A stretch of 64,000 bases of DNA from a virus. Taxonomy: Duplodnaviria > Heunggongvirae > Uroviricota > Caudoviricetes. A program made the position numbers and the translations under genes. Positions 42,912-51,967 of the stretch are shown here, piece after piece. The stretch is taken from the IMG/VR virus record IMGVR_UViG_3300047445_000122; one strand, given 5' to 3'. Every line of letters begins with the position of its first letter. Position 1 is the stretch's first letter. A model generated the notes under the pieces. That model had not been told where the DNA came from. It saw only the letters and a list, made by a program, of their open reading frames with translations, and ran no database searches.

Positions 42912-43105
42912 GGGTTGATCTTTACGTGTATCCATTGAGATGTTCACCACATTACAGCCTGGCGTACACTCATGGGCCTATTATTGGTCACCACTCAAAC
43001 GATAGCCCAGGATTTCATGAACTGTCAGCTTTGTCGTTTGCGAGAAGCATCTTTACCAATAGTCATCTTTGCGGGTTGATCTTTGCCCATTAATCTTTGA
43101 CCTTT
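42912..43105. repeat. cluster of short direct repeats (T/C)ATCTTT(A/G)C(C/G), at least 5 copies (iteron-like)
   Basis: TTGATCTTTACG 42915, GCATCTTTACC 43047, GTCATCTTTGCG 43063, TTGATCTTTGCCC 43076, TAATCTTTGACC 43091. Confidence 0.45.
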
Positions 43106-43325
43106 GACTGGTCGTCCCATAGAATAGGACAAGAAATGGTTGACATTTAGTTCATCGCTCTACCACTGAGCTACCTATCGGGCAGGAGTCGAACCTGCGA
43201 CATATGAATTGGATTAGTCGTTATCACGCCGGATAATTTTTGGTTGCCACTTTTTATACGGGGTGGCTTACCCCGCCAATAAGTTCTGAGTGTTCGTAAC
43301 TGATGAACATCTCAATGGATACATC
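42927..43325. repeat. 20-bp perfect inverted repeat pair (TGTATCCATTGAGATGTTCA at 42927..42946; reverse complement at 43306..43325) flanking about 360 bp
   Basis: Seen directly in the sequence. The enclosed segment contains ATCTTT(G/A)C direct repeats and tRNA-half-like fragments. Confidence 0.6.
43155..43200 (-). other. tRNA-derived fragments in a permuted order: T-arm plus 3' acceptor-like segment immediately followed by a D-arm-like segment
   Basis: Minus-strand RNA reads ..GCAGG TTCGACT CCTGC CCGATAG | G TAGCTCAGTGGTAGAGC G... No anticodon arm is present, so it cannot fold into a cloverleaf. Confidence 0.4.
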
Positions 43326-43706
43326 ATTAAAGACCCTCATGGGAAGGTATTTAATGATGCGGTCTGACGACTACAGTGGTTGGTCACCGTAGCGGTTCCG
43401 ACAGACCTGATGAAGTTGGGATGGCCGTCCCATTCACGCGTCTGGTCAGCTGAAAGCACGACCTCGGCGGGAACTTCACTTAACATCACCTGGGAGCCCA
43501 AAGCTCTTCGCAGTATCTCCCAGTATCGGGTGGTTGAGCACTAAGCCACCCTAGGTCATTCTCTCCGACAGGCTATGCGGAGTCAGCCTCACCGTGGGAC
43601 TACGGCGACTTGTTTGAGGCTGTACCAGATTCCACGACCCTTGCTCAAGGGTGTCGTTTAGTCCCTCTTGTTATTCGGTAACTTCATTTGCTCGACGTGA
43701 AGAGAA

Positions 43707-43740
43707 TTATACTGTATCCATCCAACCACGTAAAGGGGAC
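43707..43740 (-). promoter_or_regulatory. promoter driving the roughly 800-nt untranslated leader upstream of gene 42237..42896
   Basis: Minus strand reads CCCCTTTACGTG..ACAGTATAAT, followed by the same 24-nt leader (TCTCTTCACGTCGAGCAA) as the tRNA-array promoter. Confidence 0.45.
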
Positions 43741-43765
43741 CAAACTTGACAAGTGGTTGGTATTG

Positions 43766-44092
43766 TCAACCGAAGAACACAGTTTGCATCCTGAGCATGC
43801 GCGGATATACATCTTCCATGTAGGTCTGGAATGTTGGGTCGATGGCATAGCCGGTGAAAGCCTTATATTCCTTCACTTCAGGAGCAGCATCTGGTTGGCG
43901 CTTCAGGGAGATACTTAGCCCGCCTTTATCCCATATGGCTACAGAGCCGTTGTTGTCGAAGTAGTCGATGAAGCCCCGCAGGTTTTGATCGATGTGTAGA
44001 CCGAAGTGGCGGGAGGTAGAGACCTCCACGATAACACCGGGGATCGGCAGTTGGCGTTTTTGGACTTTGATTTCCATTTGTTGGTTGTTCAT
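43766..44092 (-). CDS. hypothetical protein (about 108 aa)
   Basis: Start reassigned to ATG 44092 (AAAGGA SD). Confidence 0.4.
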   Translation of the reverse strand: MNNQQMEIKVQKRQLPIPGVIVEVSTSRHFGLHIDQNLRGFIDYFDNNGSVAIWDKGGLSISLKRQPDAAPEVKEYKAFTGYAIDPTFQTYMEDVYPRMLRMQTVFFG

Positions 44093-44529
44093 GTCATTCC
44101 TTTCACAATATAACACATTAGGGCGAAGCCCGTTTAATTCAGGGTAGGTGAGGAGAAAGGCAAAACAGTCCCACAGAATCTCCCCAGTTAGGTTCTGATT
44201 CTGTCGGAGTTCTGCCTGTTTCAGTGCCGGAGCCGGATCAGGAAGCGCCATTCAATATCGTCTGGGCGCTCTAGTTCCCACATTGACTCGCGAACGTGTG
44301 AGCCGTAACACCCCTGGGAACGTCCAGACCAGATAGCCTGGGAACAGTGGGGCGGAGATTCGTTACACCCTGGTATCTCCGAGAACAACAAGTCATAGCC
44401 ACGTACAACAAAGAACCGCCTATGACGAACGCAGGATTATATAGACAAGTGGACTACCAAGTAAAGACACACTGGTTGACAACCCAATCCTGCCTAAGTA
44501 AAGGGATTCATACACTATAAGGTGACGAT

Positions 44530-46326
44530 ATGTCTAATACCAGATTCACCACCAGTTTCGACTACGCCGACATCATCAATGCTCTGCAGACATTCATGCG
44601 AGCCTCAGATGACTTCCGCGATGTGAACTGGGACGGCAGCATGGCCAAGACTCTGTTGAGAGTGCTGTCCTACAATACCCAGCTTCAACAAGTAGCCAAC
44701 GGCTTCCTGTTCAATGAGCTCAGCATCGACAGCGCGACGATCCAGAACAACGTCAACTCCATCGCTTCCGGCGCTCTGGGCTACATGCCACAGGGTATCC
44801 GCGCTGCTGTGTACTACGCCGATGTGACTGTGTCCGTCCCGGTAGGCACCAACAACCCTCCTCCATACATCAACATCGACCGCAGCTCCAAGTTCTTCGC
44901 AGCCAAGGACGGTGTGGCCCTGAACTTCGTGGCAGATACCAGCTACACAGCCCCTCTGTCAGAAGACGGACTGACCTATCAATTCAAGGGCGTGAAGCTG
45001 ATCCAAGGCAATTGGGTCTCCAATTCCTTCGTTTGTCAGGTATCCAACAACGTTGAATCATACGTCCTGCCGAATAAGGACATCGACGTTGACTATTTGA
45101 GCGTGGCTGTGACCGTACCCACAGCACTCCAATCTCTGGCTGCGTATAAGCGCGTTAGAGGTGTCTTTGATCTGGGTGCAACCAACAAGTCCTACTTCCT
45201 GAGTTTGAACAAGGCCGGGAACTACGCACTTGAGTTTGGTGATGACAAGCTCGCACGCCGCATCCAGTATGGCGAGGTGGTGTTGGTTGACAGTCTCCAG
45301 ACCCTGGGTTCACTTGGCAATAACGCATCGAACGTGTCTGCTGTCGGTTCCATCGGCGGCTTCTTCGACATCAAGGTTGTAGGCAACCAAGAGTTCTCCT
45401 ATGGCGGTGACGAAGCAGAGGACATCGAGACCACACGTAAAATCGCCCCTATGGCGTTTTCAGCACAGGGGTCAGCCGTATCCAGTGGCGACTATGTTGC
45501 GCTGACGAAAGAGCTGTTCTCAGAGGCCGATAGTGTGTCTTCATGGGGTGGTGAGTATGATGAGCCTCCGAAGTTCGGCTATCAGATCGTTGCGGTCAAG
45601 CCAAAGAACAGCAAGACCCTGAACGACAGCCAGAAACAAGTTCTTGCTGGGATTCTCCAAGAGCGTTGCGTGGGCTCCATCAGTCCTATCATCAAAGACC
45701 CGGACTACACCTACATCAACCTTGAATCCAACGTTGTGTATGCCAAGAACTCAACCCTGCTGAGTGAACAATCCCTGCGGGTGAAGATTGATCAATCCCT
45801 GAAGACCTATTCCAAGAATGTGTTGGAGTTCTTCGGCGGCGACTATCTGCACTCCAACCTCACGACCTTCATCACTGCGGTCGATCCATCCTTCACTGGC
45901 AACGTGACGACTGTGAAGTTCACGAAGAAGTTTCTGCCTGTCCTCAAGGCCACCGGCACATACACCTTCAACTTCGGCGTCCCAATCCGCCCGAACAGCG
46001 TTGATGTTGTCAACTTCAAGATTCTGGATGCGACGTACAGCACCTGGGACTTCCACTTGATTGATGACGGCAACGGGAGTGTCTTCTGCCAGCGCGTGAA
46101 CCCTGTACTGTCCTCGGACACTTACACGTACCCAACGGCTGTAGGAACAGTGGATTACGCTGGCGGGATCGTGGTGCTCAACAAGTTCGCGCCTATCTCT
46201 GTGTTGGGGATTGAAGGAATGGTGGCCTTGACCATCACCCCGGATGCCCAAGACCCATCGTTGCTGTCCACTCGCTCCTCGATCAACGTGATCGACAAGA
46301 CTGTGATCAGCTTCACTGCCCGTTGA
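44530..46326 (+). CDS. baseplate wedge protein (T4 gp6 / P2 gpJ family)
   Basis: The N-terminal region (DYADIINALQTF...AKTLLRVLSYNTQL) parallels T4 gp6 (LNVLCDLLAYNTLY). Size 598 aa. First gene of the plus-strand virion module. Confidence 0.5.
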   Translation: MSNTRFTTSFDYADIINALQTFMRASDDFRDVNWDGSMAKTLLRVLSYNTQLQQVANGFLFNELSIDSATIQNNVNSIASGALGYMPQGIRAAVYYADVTVSVPVGTNNPPPYINIDRSSKFFAAKDGVALNFVADTSYTAPLSEDGLTYQFKGVKLIQGNWVSNSFVCQVSNNVESYVLPNKDIDVDYLSVAVTVPTALQSLAAYKRVRGVFDLGATNKSYFLSLNKAGNYALEFGDDKLARRIQYGEVVLVDSLQTLGSLGNNASNVSAVGSIGGFFDIKVVGNQEFSYGGDEAEDIETTRKIAPMAFSAQGSAVSSGDYVALTKELFSEADSVSSWGGEYDEPPKFGYQIVAVKPKNSKTLNDSQKQVLAGILQERCVGSISPIIKDPDYTYINLESNVVYAKNSTLLSEQSLRVKIDQSLKTYSKNVLEFFGGDYLHSNLTTFITAVDPSFTGNVTTVKFTKKFLPVLKATGTYTFNFGVPIRPNSVDVVNFKILDATYSTWDFHLIDDGNGSVFCQRVNPVLSSDTYTYPTAVGTVDYAGGIVVLNKFAPISVLGIEGMVALTITPDAQDPSLLSTRSSINVIDKTVISFTAR

Positions 46327-46334
46327 GGTGACCA

Positions 46335-47129
46335 ATGAAGTATGAACTCGGACAATTCGTCCAGACCCAATTGCCGCGACACTTCTTGGATGAGAATCCA
46401 AGGTTTGTCCGGCTCATGGAGTTGTACTACCAGTGGTTGTATCGCAAGGATGGACCCGCTGAGGATGAGATTGACTTCGTGCGGGCTGACATCAGCAAGT
46501 GGTCCAAGGTAGACATCGACCGCTTTGTTCAAACCAACTCTCCGCGCTTCAACTCCTTCCGGGGTTCAGATGAAGCTGTGGTTGCTGAGGTCTTGAGTTG
46601 GCGCGCTCCGGGCGCTATCTCTGAGCGCTTCCAAGCCCAATACTTCCTGGAGCGTGAGTTTGACAGCTTCGTGACGGCTGATGGTGACTACTTTCTTGAT
46701 GGATCAGGTGTCCCGCTTGAGACCTCATTCGTGATTGAGGATGTGATTCAGAACTGGGCCAACAAGTTCAACATGGAACGCCTTGTGGACTCCGTGAGCT
46801 TGAACCCGCACGATGAGATTCTGCTCTTGAAGAGCATGAAGATGATGTACGCGGCGAAGGGCACTCAGAAGTGTATTGAGTTGTTCTTCAAGGTGTACTT
46901 CAACGAGGACATCACTGTCTACATTCCAAAGCATGATATCCTGGCGATTGATGGTGCGCCCTCGATTGACATGCCGATATTCGTGAGGGACGACTGGCGC
47001 TTCCAAGAATTCTGCTACGTGATCCAGACCACCAATGATCCAGCTCCATACCGCGATGTGTTTGAACGCATCTACCTCAAACAATTCCATCCAGGTGGCT
47101 TCAATGTCATCATGGAACAGAAACCATAA
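46335..47129 (+). CDS. baseplate protein (P2 gpI / Mu gp48-like?)
   Basis: Assignment by position (directly after the gpJ/gp6-like gene) and size only. Confidence 0.3.
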   Translation: MKYELGQFVQTQLPRHFLDENPRFVRLMELYYQWLYRKDGPAEDEIDFVRADISKWSKVDIDRFVQTNSPRFNSFRGSDEAVVAEVLSWRAPGAISERFQAQYFLEREFDSFVTADGDYFLDGSGVPLETSFVIEDVIQNWANKFNMERLVDSVSLNPHDEILLLKSMKMMYAAKGTQKCIELFFKVYFNEDITVYIPKHDILAIDGAPSIDMPIFVRDDWRFQEFCYVIQTTNDPAPYRDVFERIYLKQFHPGGFNVIMEQKP

Positions 47130-47137
47130 GGGACATC

Positions 47138-48010
47138 ATGTCAGATAACAGCCAAACAACTCAATTCCCACAAGGGATCAACACCCCTTCGTTGAGTGGT
47201 GTATCAACTATCTCATTCAATGATGGGTTGGTGATCAACTCCACTCCGACTCCTGTGTCTCTGGCCTTGGGTGGCGCGAATGTAGGAACGTTCACCCATG
47301 CCATCGTCACAGGTAACGCCATCAACGGCACATATCAAATCAAGGCGTCTATGGGCGGCGCTCTGAGTCTGGTGAACTTGGAGATTGCTGTCCAATCCTT
47401 CGTGGGTGCAACCTCTGTGACCAACCAAGTGACGGTCACCAGTGTATCCGACAGCGACAAGAGTGTGTTGTGTTTCAAATACGCTTCAGTCCAAAAGAAC
47501 ACCATCAACAATGAGATGGCCGTCCTGTTGTCCTACACATGTAACTCTCCGGGATCAACGAACATGAGTGTGAATGTGGACTCGATTGGCAACCCGGCGA
47601 CGATGAACGTCACCACGACCATCGCTCCATGGAACACTTCGGTCAGCTACCGCTATGTGGATTCCCGCGACATGATGCTGGCCCTGTCGCAACGCGTGAA
47701 TGGTTCCGTGATCTCTCTGAACTCCATCACGGTTCCAAGTACAGTGTCTTGCAACCCTGCTGACGTACCTTCCCGCCCAACCGGCTCGAACGGCTATGGC
47801 TCTTGTATCACGATCAGCGGCGGCGACACCAAGTTGCAACTGTCTCAGATTTTCCATGACACCCAAACCGGACGTATGTGGTCACGCTTCATGACTGGTG
47901 ATGGAGTTACCTGGAGTGCATGGAACAACATGATCACCCAGGCCGATATCTCAGACACTCTGGCGAAGTCAGCCCAAGCAACAATCATGGATTCCATTAT
48001 CTTCGGGTAA
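47138..48010 (+). CDS. tail fibre / baseplate structural protein (290 aa)
   Basis: Ser/Thr/Asn-rich beta-type sequence within the structural module. Confidence 0.35.
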   Translation: MSDNSQTTQFPQGINTPSLSGVSTISFNDGLVINSTPTPVSLALGGANVGTFTHAIVTGNAINGTYQIKASMGGALSLVNLEIAVQSFVGATSVTNQVTVTSVSDSDKSVLCFKYASVQKNTINNEMAVLLSYTCNSPGSTNMSVNVDSIGNPATMNVTTTIAPWNTSVSYRYVDSRDMMLALSQRVNGSVISLNSITVPSTVSCNPADVPSRPTGSNGYGSCITISGGDTKLQLSQIFHDTQTGRMWSRFMTGDGVTWSAWNNMITQADISDTLAKSAQATIMDSIIFG

Positions 48011-48090
48011 TGGCTCAATAAGTACACAATGTGGCCAGGAGGGTGTTCCTCCTGGCCTTTATTACCATATAATCCACAAGGATCAAGAGA

Positions 48091-48423
48091 ATGAGCACTT
48101 TGAATTCCTACGCCAGCGCCGATCTTGGAACGTCCCAGATTGCTGTCTATACTTGTCCCGGTAGTAAGGTGGCTGTGATTGTCGGCTCCAACATCGCCAA
48201 CAAGCTGGACGTGTCCATCACTGTCGACATCAAGATTCGCAAGGGCGGCACCGACTACTGGTTGCTGCGCCAAGTCCTGATTCCACCATTTACTGCCTAT
48301 GTGTCTTCTGGCGACGAACAGAAGACTGTTCTGAACGCAGGCGACAGCATCCAAATGAAATCCAGCGCTGTTGCATCCGCTGATATTCTGATGTCTGTTT
48401 CTGAATTCGCTGACACTGTTTAA
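48091..48423 (+). CDS. hypothetical structural-module protein (110 aa)
   Basis: Complete ORF with its own SD (AAGGA..GAGA). Confidence 0.3.
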   Translation: MSTLNSYASADLGTSQIAVYTCPGSKVAVIVGSNIANKLDVSITVDIKIRKGGTDYWLLRQVLIPPFTAYVSSGDEQKTVLNAGDSIQMKSSAVASADILMSVSEFADTV

Positions 48424-48436
48424 TTGGAGGTGACAT

Positions 48437-50545
48437 ATGTCTCTCGCAGGTTTTCCATCTGGCGGTCAGCCGCCACTGTTTGCGTATCCTGATGGGTACA
48501 ATGCCACATCGACCACCTCTTTGGCGGTTGGTACTGGCTCGAAGACTTTGACTGTCCAGCCCAATAAGGCATACGCCATTGGCAACAACATCAAGGTCTT
48601 GAAGGACGTCAACAACTGGATGTTTGGTGACGTCACTGCCTACAACTCCTTGACAGGGGTTTTGACGTTCAACTGTGTAACCATTGCTGGATCTGGGACT
48701 TACACGAGCTGGAACATCACCATGTCGGGTCCACAAGGTATCCAAGGCAATCCTGGTGTGAACGCCCCAGGTCTTGGAGGCACCACCACGACCGGCGACA
48801 TTGTGATCAGCGCGTCTGTCTCTGCGATCTTCGCAACACCACCAAACCCAGGTTATTTCGCCACTCTGCCTGACGCCACAACCCTCTCCGGTAAGGGTAC
48901 AGCCGCCATCAGCATCTACAATGATGGTGACTTTGACTATGGTATCCGCGACTCGACCGGGAAGAAGTTGGGTTGGGTTCGTGCCCACACTGGTGCGGTT
49001 CTGGGTTGTGCAGACAATTCGACTGCCGGCGGCATCTGGACGATGTATGGTGTTGAGAAGACCGGTCTGACCGCCTCTCTGTATCACTCCACGTTCAACA
49101 ACAACAGCTCTGTCCGATTCCAGCGACTCACGTATGATGCGACCCGTGATGTGATCTTGTATGCGAATCCGTCTGGTGGCGATTTGTATGGTATGGTATA
49201 TGACAAGACCACTAAGTTGATCGGCAATCCCACGTTGATTATTGCGGCAACCAACTGTTGGGCGGCTTGTAAGACATCTGTGGCTGGTCAGTTGGCATTG
49301 TTCGCAGCCACCAACCCAACAGCTTGTTATGCTCGCATCCTTACAATCTCCTCTGGCGTCGTTGCCTCAATTGGTGCCGCCTCCTGGACGGCTACGACAA
49401 CCCAATCCAACGCAGTTGCTATCAGCAACTCATCTGGTGGCAGCGGTAATGCCACAGCATCCGGGACGATATCAGTAGCAGCTATCACCCAAGTTGGGAC
49501 GAGCAATCAATTTGTGGTGGCGTTCAGCGACACATCGCCACAAACATTCACATACGCATTCACCACTTCCAATGGCGGCACCACTCTAACTGTGGGGAGT
49601 GAGAAGTTCATCAATAACTCAAGTTCCAGTTACTATAAAAGGTTGTATTCCATTGACAACACGACAGTTGTCCTTGCTTACATGTATTCCGGTTCGGCGT
49701 TTTTCGTTCCAATTCGATTGGCCGGTAACGTTCAAACTCTTGGGGGCACAATTGCTAACATGAACGTAGGTGGATCGTATGAGAGTTATTGCAAGTTTTA
49801 CGACATTCTTTCTGACGGTCGCATTCCTTGTCACTCATACCAAGGCGCCAGCGGCAATTTCTTCGCCTTGATCAATGTCAACTCAGGCGCATTGACGACT
49901 ACTACATATCAATCTTCCTCAACGACTATGGCCGATGTCGGGTCCCTCCCAACTGTCAGCGATTACATTGCTATGAGCGGTACGTCAACTTTCGCAACGT
50001 TCTCAGCATCAACTTCCAATAGCGGAGGAGGGTCTGTTGCAATTTGTACAACCAGCGGAACGACTTTGACCACCAACTCAGTGTTGGTATTGCCCACGTT
50101 CGTACCTCAATGGCAAACTAGCGCAGGAGCGATTCTGTCCTATTCAGCAACCACTAACAAGCTGAGGGTGGTGTTCAGAGGCGCGTTGTACGTGATCGAC
50201 ACGACTAACATCAACGCGCCATTCATTGTTGATGTCACTATGCCGGCAGTCACTAGCACATCAGGTTATACGACGATTCTTAGCCCAAGCGGTATGTCGC
50301 CATATGGTGAGCGTGATTTCCGCTTCCTCTGGGCTCCTGACAACAAGAACGTGATCGGCATCAACGCAGGTAACACTGGTGCTGGTTATCCTTGGACCGC
50401 GTGGTATGGCACCAACCGCATCAAATTGATCACTCCGATTGGCAACATGTTGGATCAATACAGCGGTGTGACCGGCGATCCTGGGGCTGGTGAATCGTGG
50501 GCCATGAGCAAATATGTCCTCCAAAAATTCGAGAGTGCAGCATGA
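48437..50545 (+). CDS. tail fibre protein (702 aa)
   Basis: Gly/Ser/Thr/Asn-rich and repetitive; directly followed by a chaperone-like ORF with an ATGA overlap. Confidence 0.45.
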   Translation: MSLAGFPSGGQPPLFAYPDGYNATSTTSLAVGTGSKTLTVQPNKAYAIGNNIKVLKDVNNWMFGDVTAYNSLTGVLTFNCVTIAGSGTYTSWNITMSGPQGIQGNPGVNAPGLGGTTTTGDIVISASVSAIFATPPNPGYFATLPDATTLSGKGTAAISIYNDGDFDYGIRDSTGKKLGWVRAHTGAVLGCADNSTAGGIWTMYGVEKTGLTASLYHSTFNNNSSVRFQRLTYDATRDVILYANPSGGDLYGMVYDKTTKLIGNPTLIIAATNCWAACKTSVAGQLALFAATNPTACYARILTISSGVVASIGAASWTATTTQSNAVAISNSSGGSGNATASGTISVAAITQVGTSNQFVVAFSDTSPQTFTYAFTTSNGGTTLTVGSEKFINNSSSSYYKRLYSIDNTTVVLAYMYSGSAFFVPIRLAGNVQTLGGTIANMNVGGSYESYCKFYDILSDGRIPCHSYQGASGNFFALINVNSGALTTTTYQSSSTTMADVGSLPTVSDYIAMSGTSTFATFSASTSNSGGGSVAICTTSGTTLTTNSVLVLPTFVPQWQTSAGAILSYSATTNKLRVVFRGALYVIDTTNINAPFIVDVTMPAVTSTSGYTTILSPSGMSPYGERDFRFLWAPDNKNVIGINAGNTGAGYPWTAWYGTNRIKLITPIGNMLDQYSGVTGDPGAGESWAMSKYVLQKFESAA

Positions 50546-51132
50546 TTAAACTTTTGGTATCTGATAAATCCATCCTCTATGTCGGGGCTTCCTACACACT
50601 GGAAGGCAAGAACTATGTGTGTAAGAACCCAGACATGGTCATCAACATTGAGTCGTTCCCCAACATCTATGAAGCATCCGCTGAGTCTCTCCCGGCTGAC
50701 TTCAATGTTGGTAAGTATGGCTTCGACAACAACGCCTTCTTCTTGAAGTCTGTACCACCGGAGTTGTTGAAGACTATGCGTGCCCAGAAGATGCTTGACA
50801 TCTACAACTGGCGCGACCGCATGAACACCTCCACCTTCCCACACATTGGTCATCGCATCAAGTGCGACCGCTTGGCGCGCTCTGACATTGAGGCAACTGA
50901 AGGCTACATTGCTCTGTATGATGAATACCATCCTATGTTTCCGAGGGCTTGGGAAACTGCGGATGGAGTCATCATCCCGATGCCTGATCCGGCTGACTTC
51001 AAGGCCATGTACGGCTCTATGGTAACACAAGGGTTGATCTTGTACGGCATGTCCCGTCAATTCGAGGCTCTGGCTGCTATTGCACAGAACCAAGCTGAGC
51101 TGGATGCCATCATCCTCCCTGATCAGGTGTAA
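50542..51132 (+). CDS. putative tail-fibre assembly protein (196 aa)
   Basis: Start reassigned to ATG 50542 (MIKLLV), which overlaps the stop of the fibre gene. Size and position typical of Tfa proteins. Confidence 0.3.
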   Translation: MIKLLVSDKSILYVGASYTLEGKNYVCKNPDMVINIESFPNIYEASAESLPADFNVGKYGFDNNAFFLKSVPPELLKTMRAQKMLDIYNWRDRMNTSTFPHIGHRIKCDRLARSDIEATEGYIALYDEYHPMFPRAWETADGVIIPMPDPADFKAMYGSMVTQGLILYGMSRQFEALAAIAQNQAELDAIILPDQV

Positions 51133-51134
51133 CC

Positions 51135-51383
51135 ATGTCGGTAGCGAAAGTGGAACGCTACTTTTGGAACATCTTCCTGTGGTTGGACCAGGGTCTCAAT
51201 ACTCTCTTGGGCGGTGACCCAAGAGAGACCCTGTCCAGTCGCATGGGTAAGTATCTGAGAGACAAACGAAAATGTGTCCTATGTAAGGTCTTGTGTACCC
51301 TCTTGAACGTGATTGACAAAAATCACTGTGCTGAGAACATCGAAGACTCACTGGGATCAAAATCACTTACAGGGAGATACTGA
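51135..51383 (+). CDS. small hypothetical protein (82 aa)
   Basis: Complete ORF. Confidence 0.3.
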   Translation: MSVAKVERYFWNIFLWLDQGLNTLLGGDPRETLSSRMGKYLRDKRKCVLCKVLCTLLNVIDKNHCAENIEDSLGSKSLTGRY

Positions 51384-51967
51384 TGACATACGCTGGATGG
51401 GATCCAGCGTTTCGCACTTTCCAAACGTCACAATTCGTGGCGGTTGGCGGTGAAACTACGATCCCGAACAAGGGAGTGCCTGAATCGGTACTCTTCAAGA
51501 ATGGCGCCCTGTTGGACCCCAGAACTGACTACTCTCTCGACTACAACACAGGCGTCATCACGCTGACTGTAGCGGCGACGGCTGGTCAGAGGTTCCAACT
51601 GGTCAATTTTTCAACCTATCACATTTCTGATACCTACACCAAGGCACAGATCGACGCGATCACACTTTTTAGCACGTTTGTGACCGCAACCAATGCTTCC
51701 CCTGTCGCGTTGACGACAGCTGCTACGGTAGTGGATATGGACTGTTCTGCGGGCAACGCTTATGCGACTCTGCCGGCAGTTCCGAAGTCTGGTGTTGTGT
51801 ACCGCTTCCGCGATAAGTTGGCTACTGTATCTACAGTCAATCGCTTCACAGTGAAGCGCAATGGCGGAACTGGTACCATTATGGGCATTGCTGAAGACAT
51901 GGAAGTGACTCAACCGCGAGCCAGCTTTGGTATGATGTGGAATGGTTCCGATTGGAGGGTTTTCTAA
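51383..51967 (+). CDS. structural protein (194 aa)
   Basis: Thr/Ala/Val-rich; in the structural module. Confidence 0.35.
   Translation: MTYAGWDPAFRTFQTSQFVAVGGETTIPNKGVPESVLFKNGALLDPRTDYSLDYNTGVITLTVAATAGQRFQLVNFSTYHISDTYTKAQIDAITLFSTFVTATNASPVALTTAATVVDMDCSAGNAYATLPAVPKSGVVYRFRDKLATVSTVNRFTVKRNGGTGTIMGIAEDMEVTQPRASFGMMWNGSDWRVF

Noticed and set aside
43155-43200. Prophage attP/integration site suggested by the tRNA 3'-fragment
   Set aside because: No integrase or recombinase in the window, and the genome is T4-like lytic in character. The fragment is permuted rather than a simple 3' tRNA copy.
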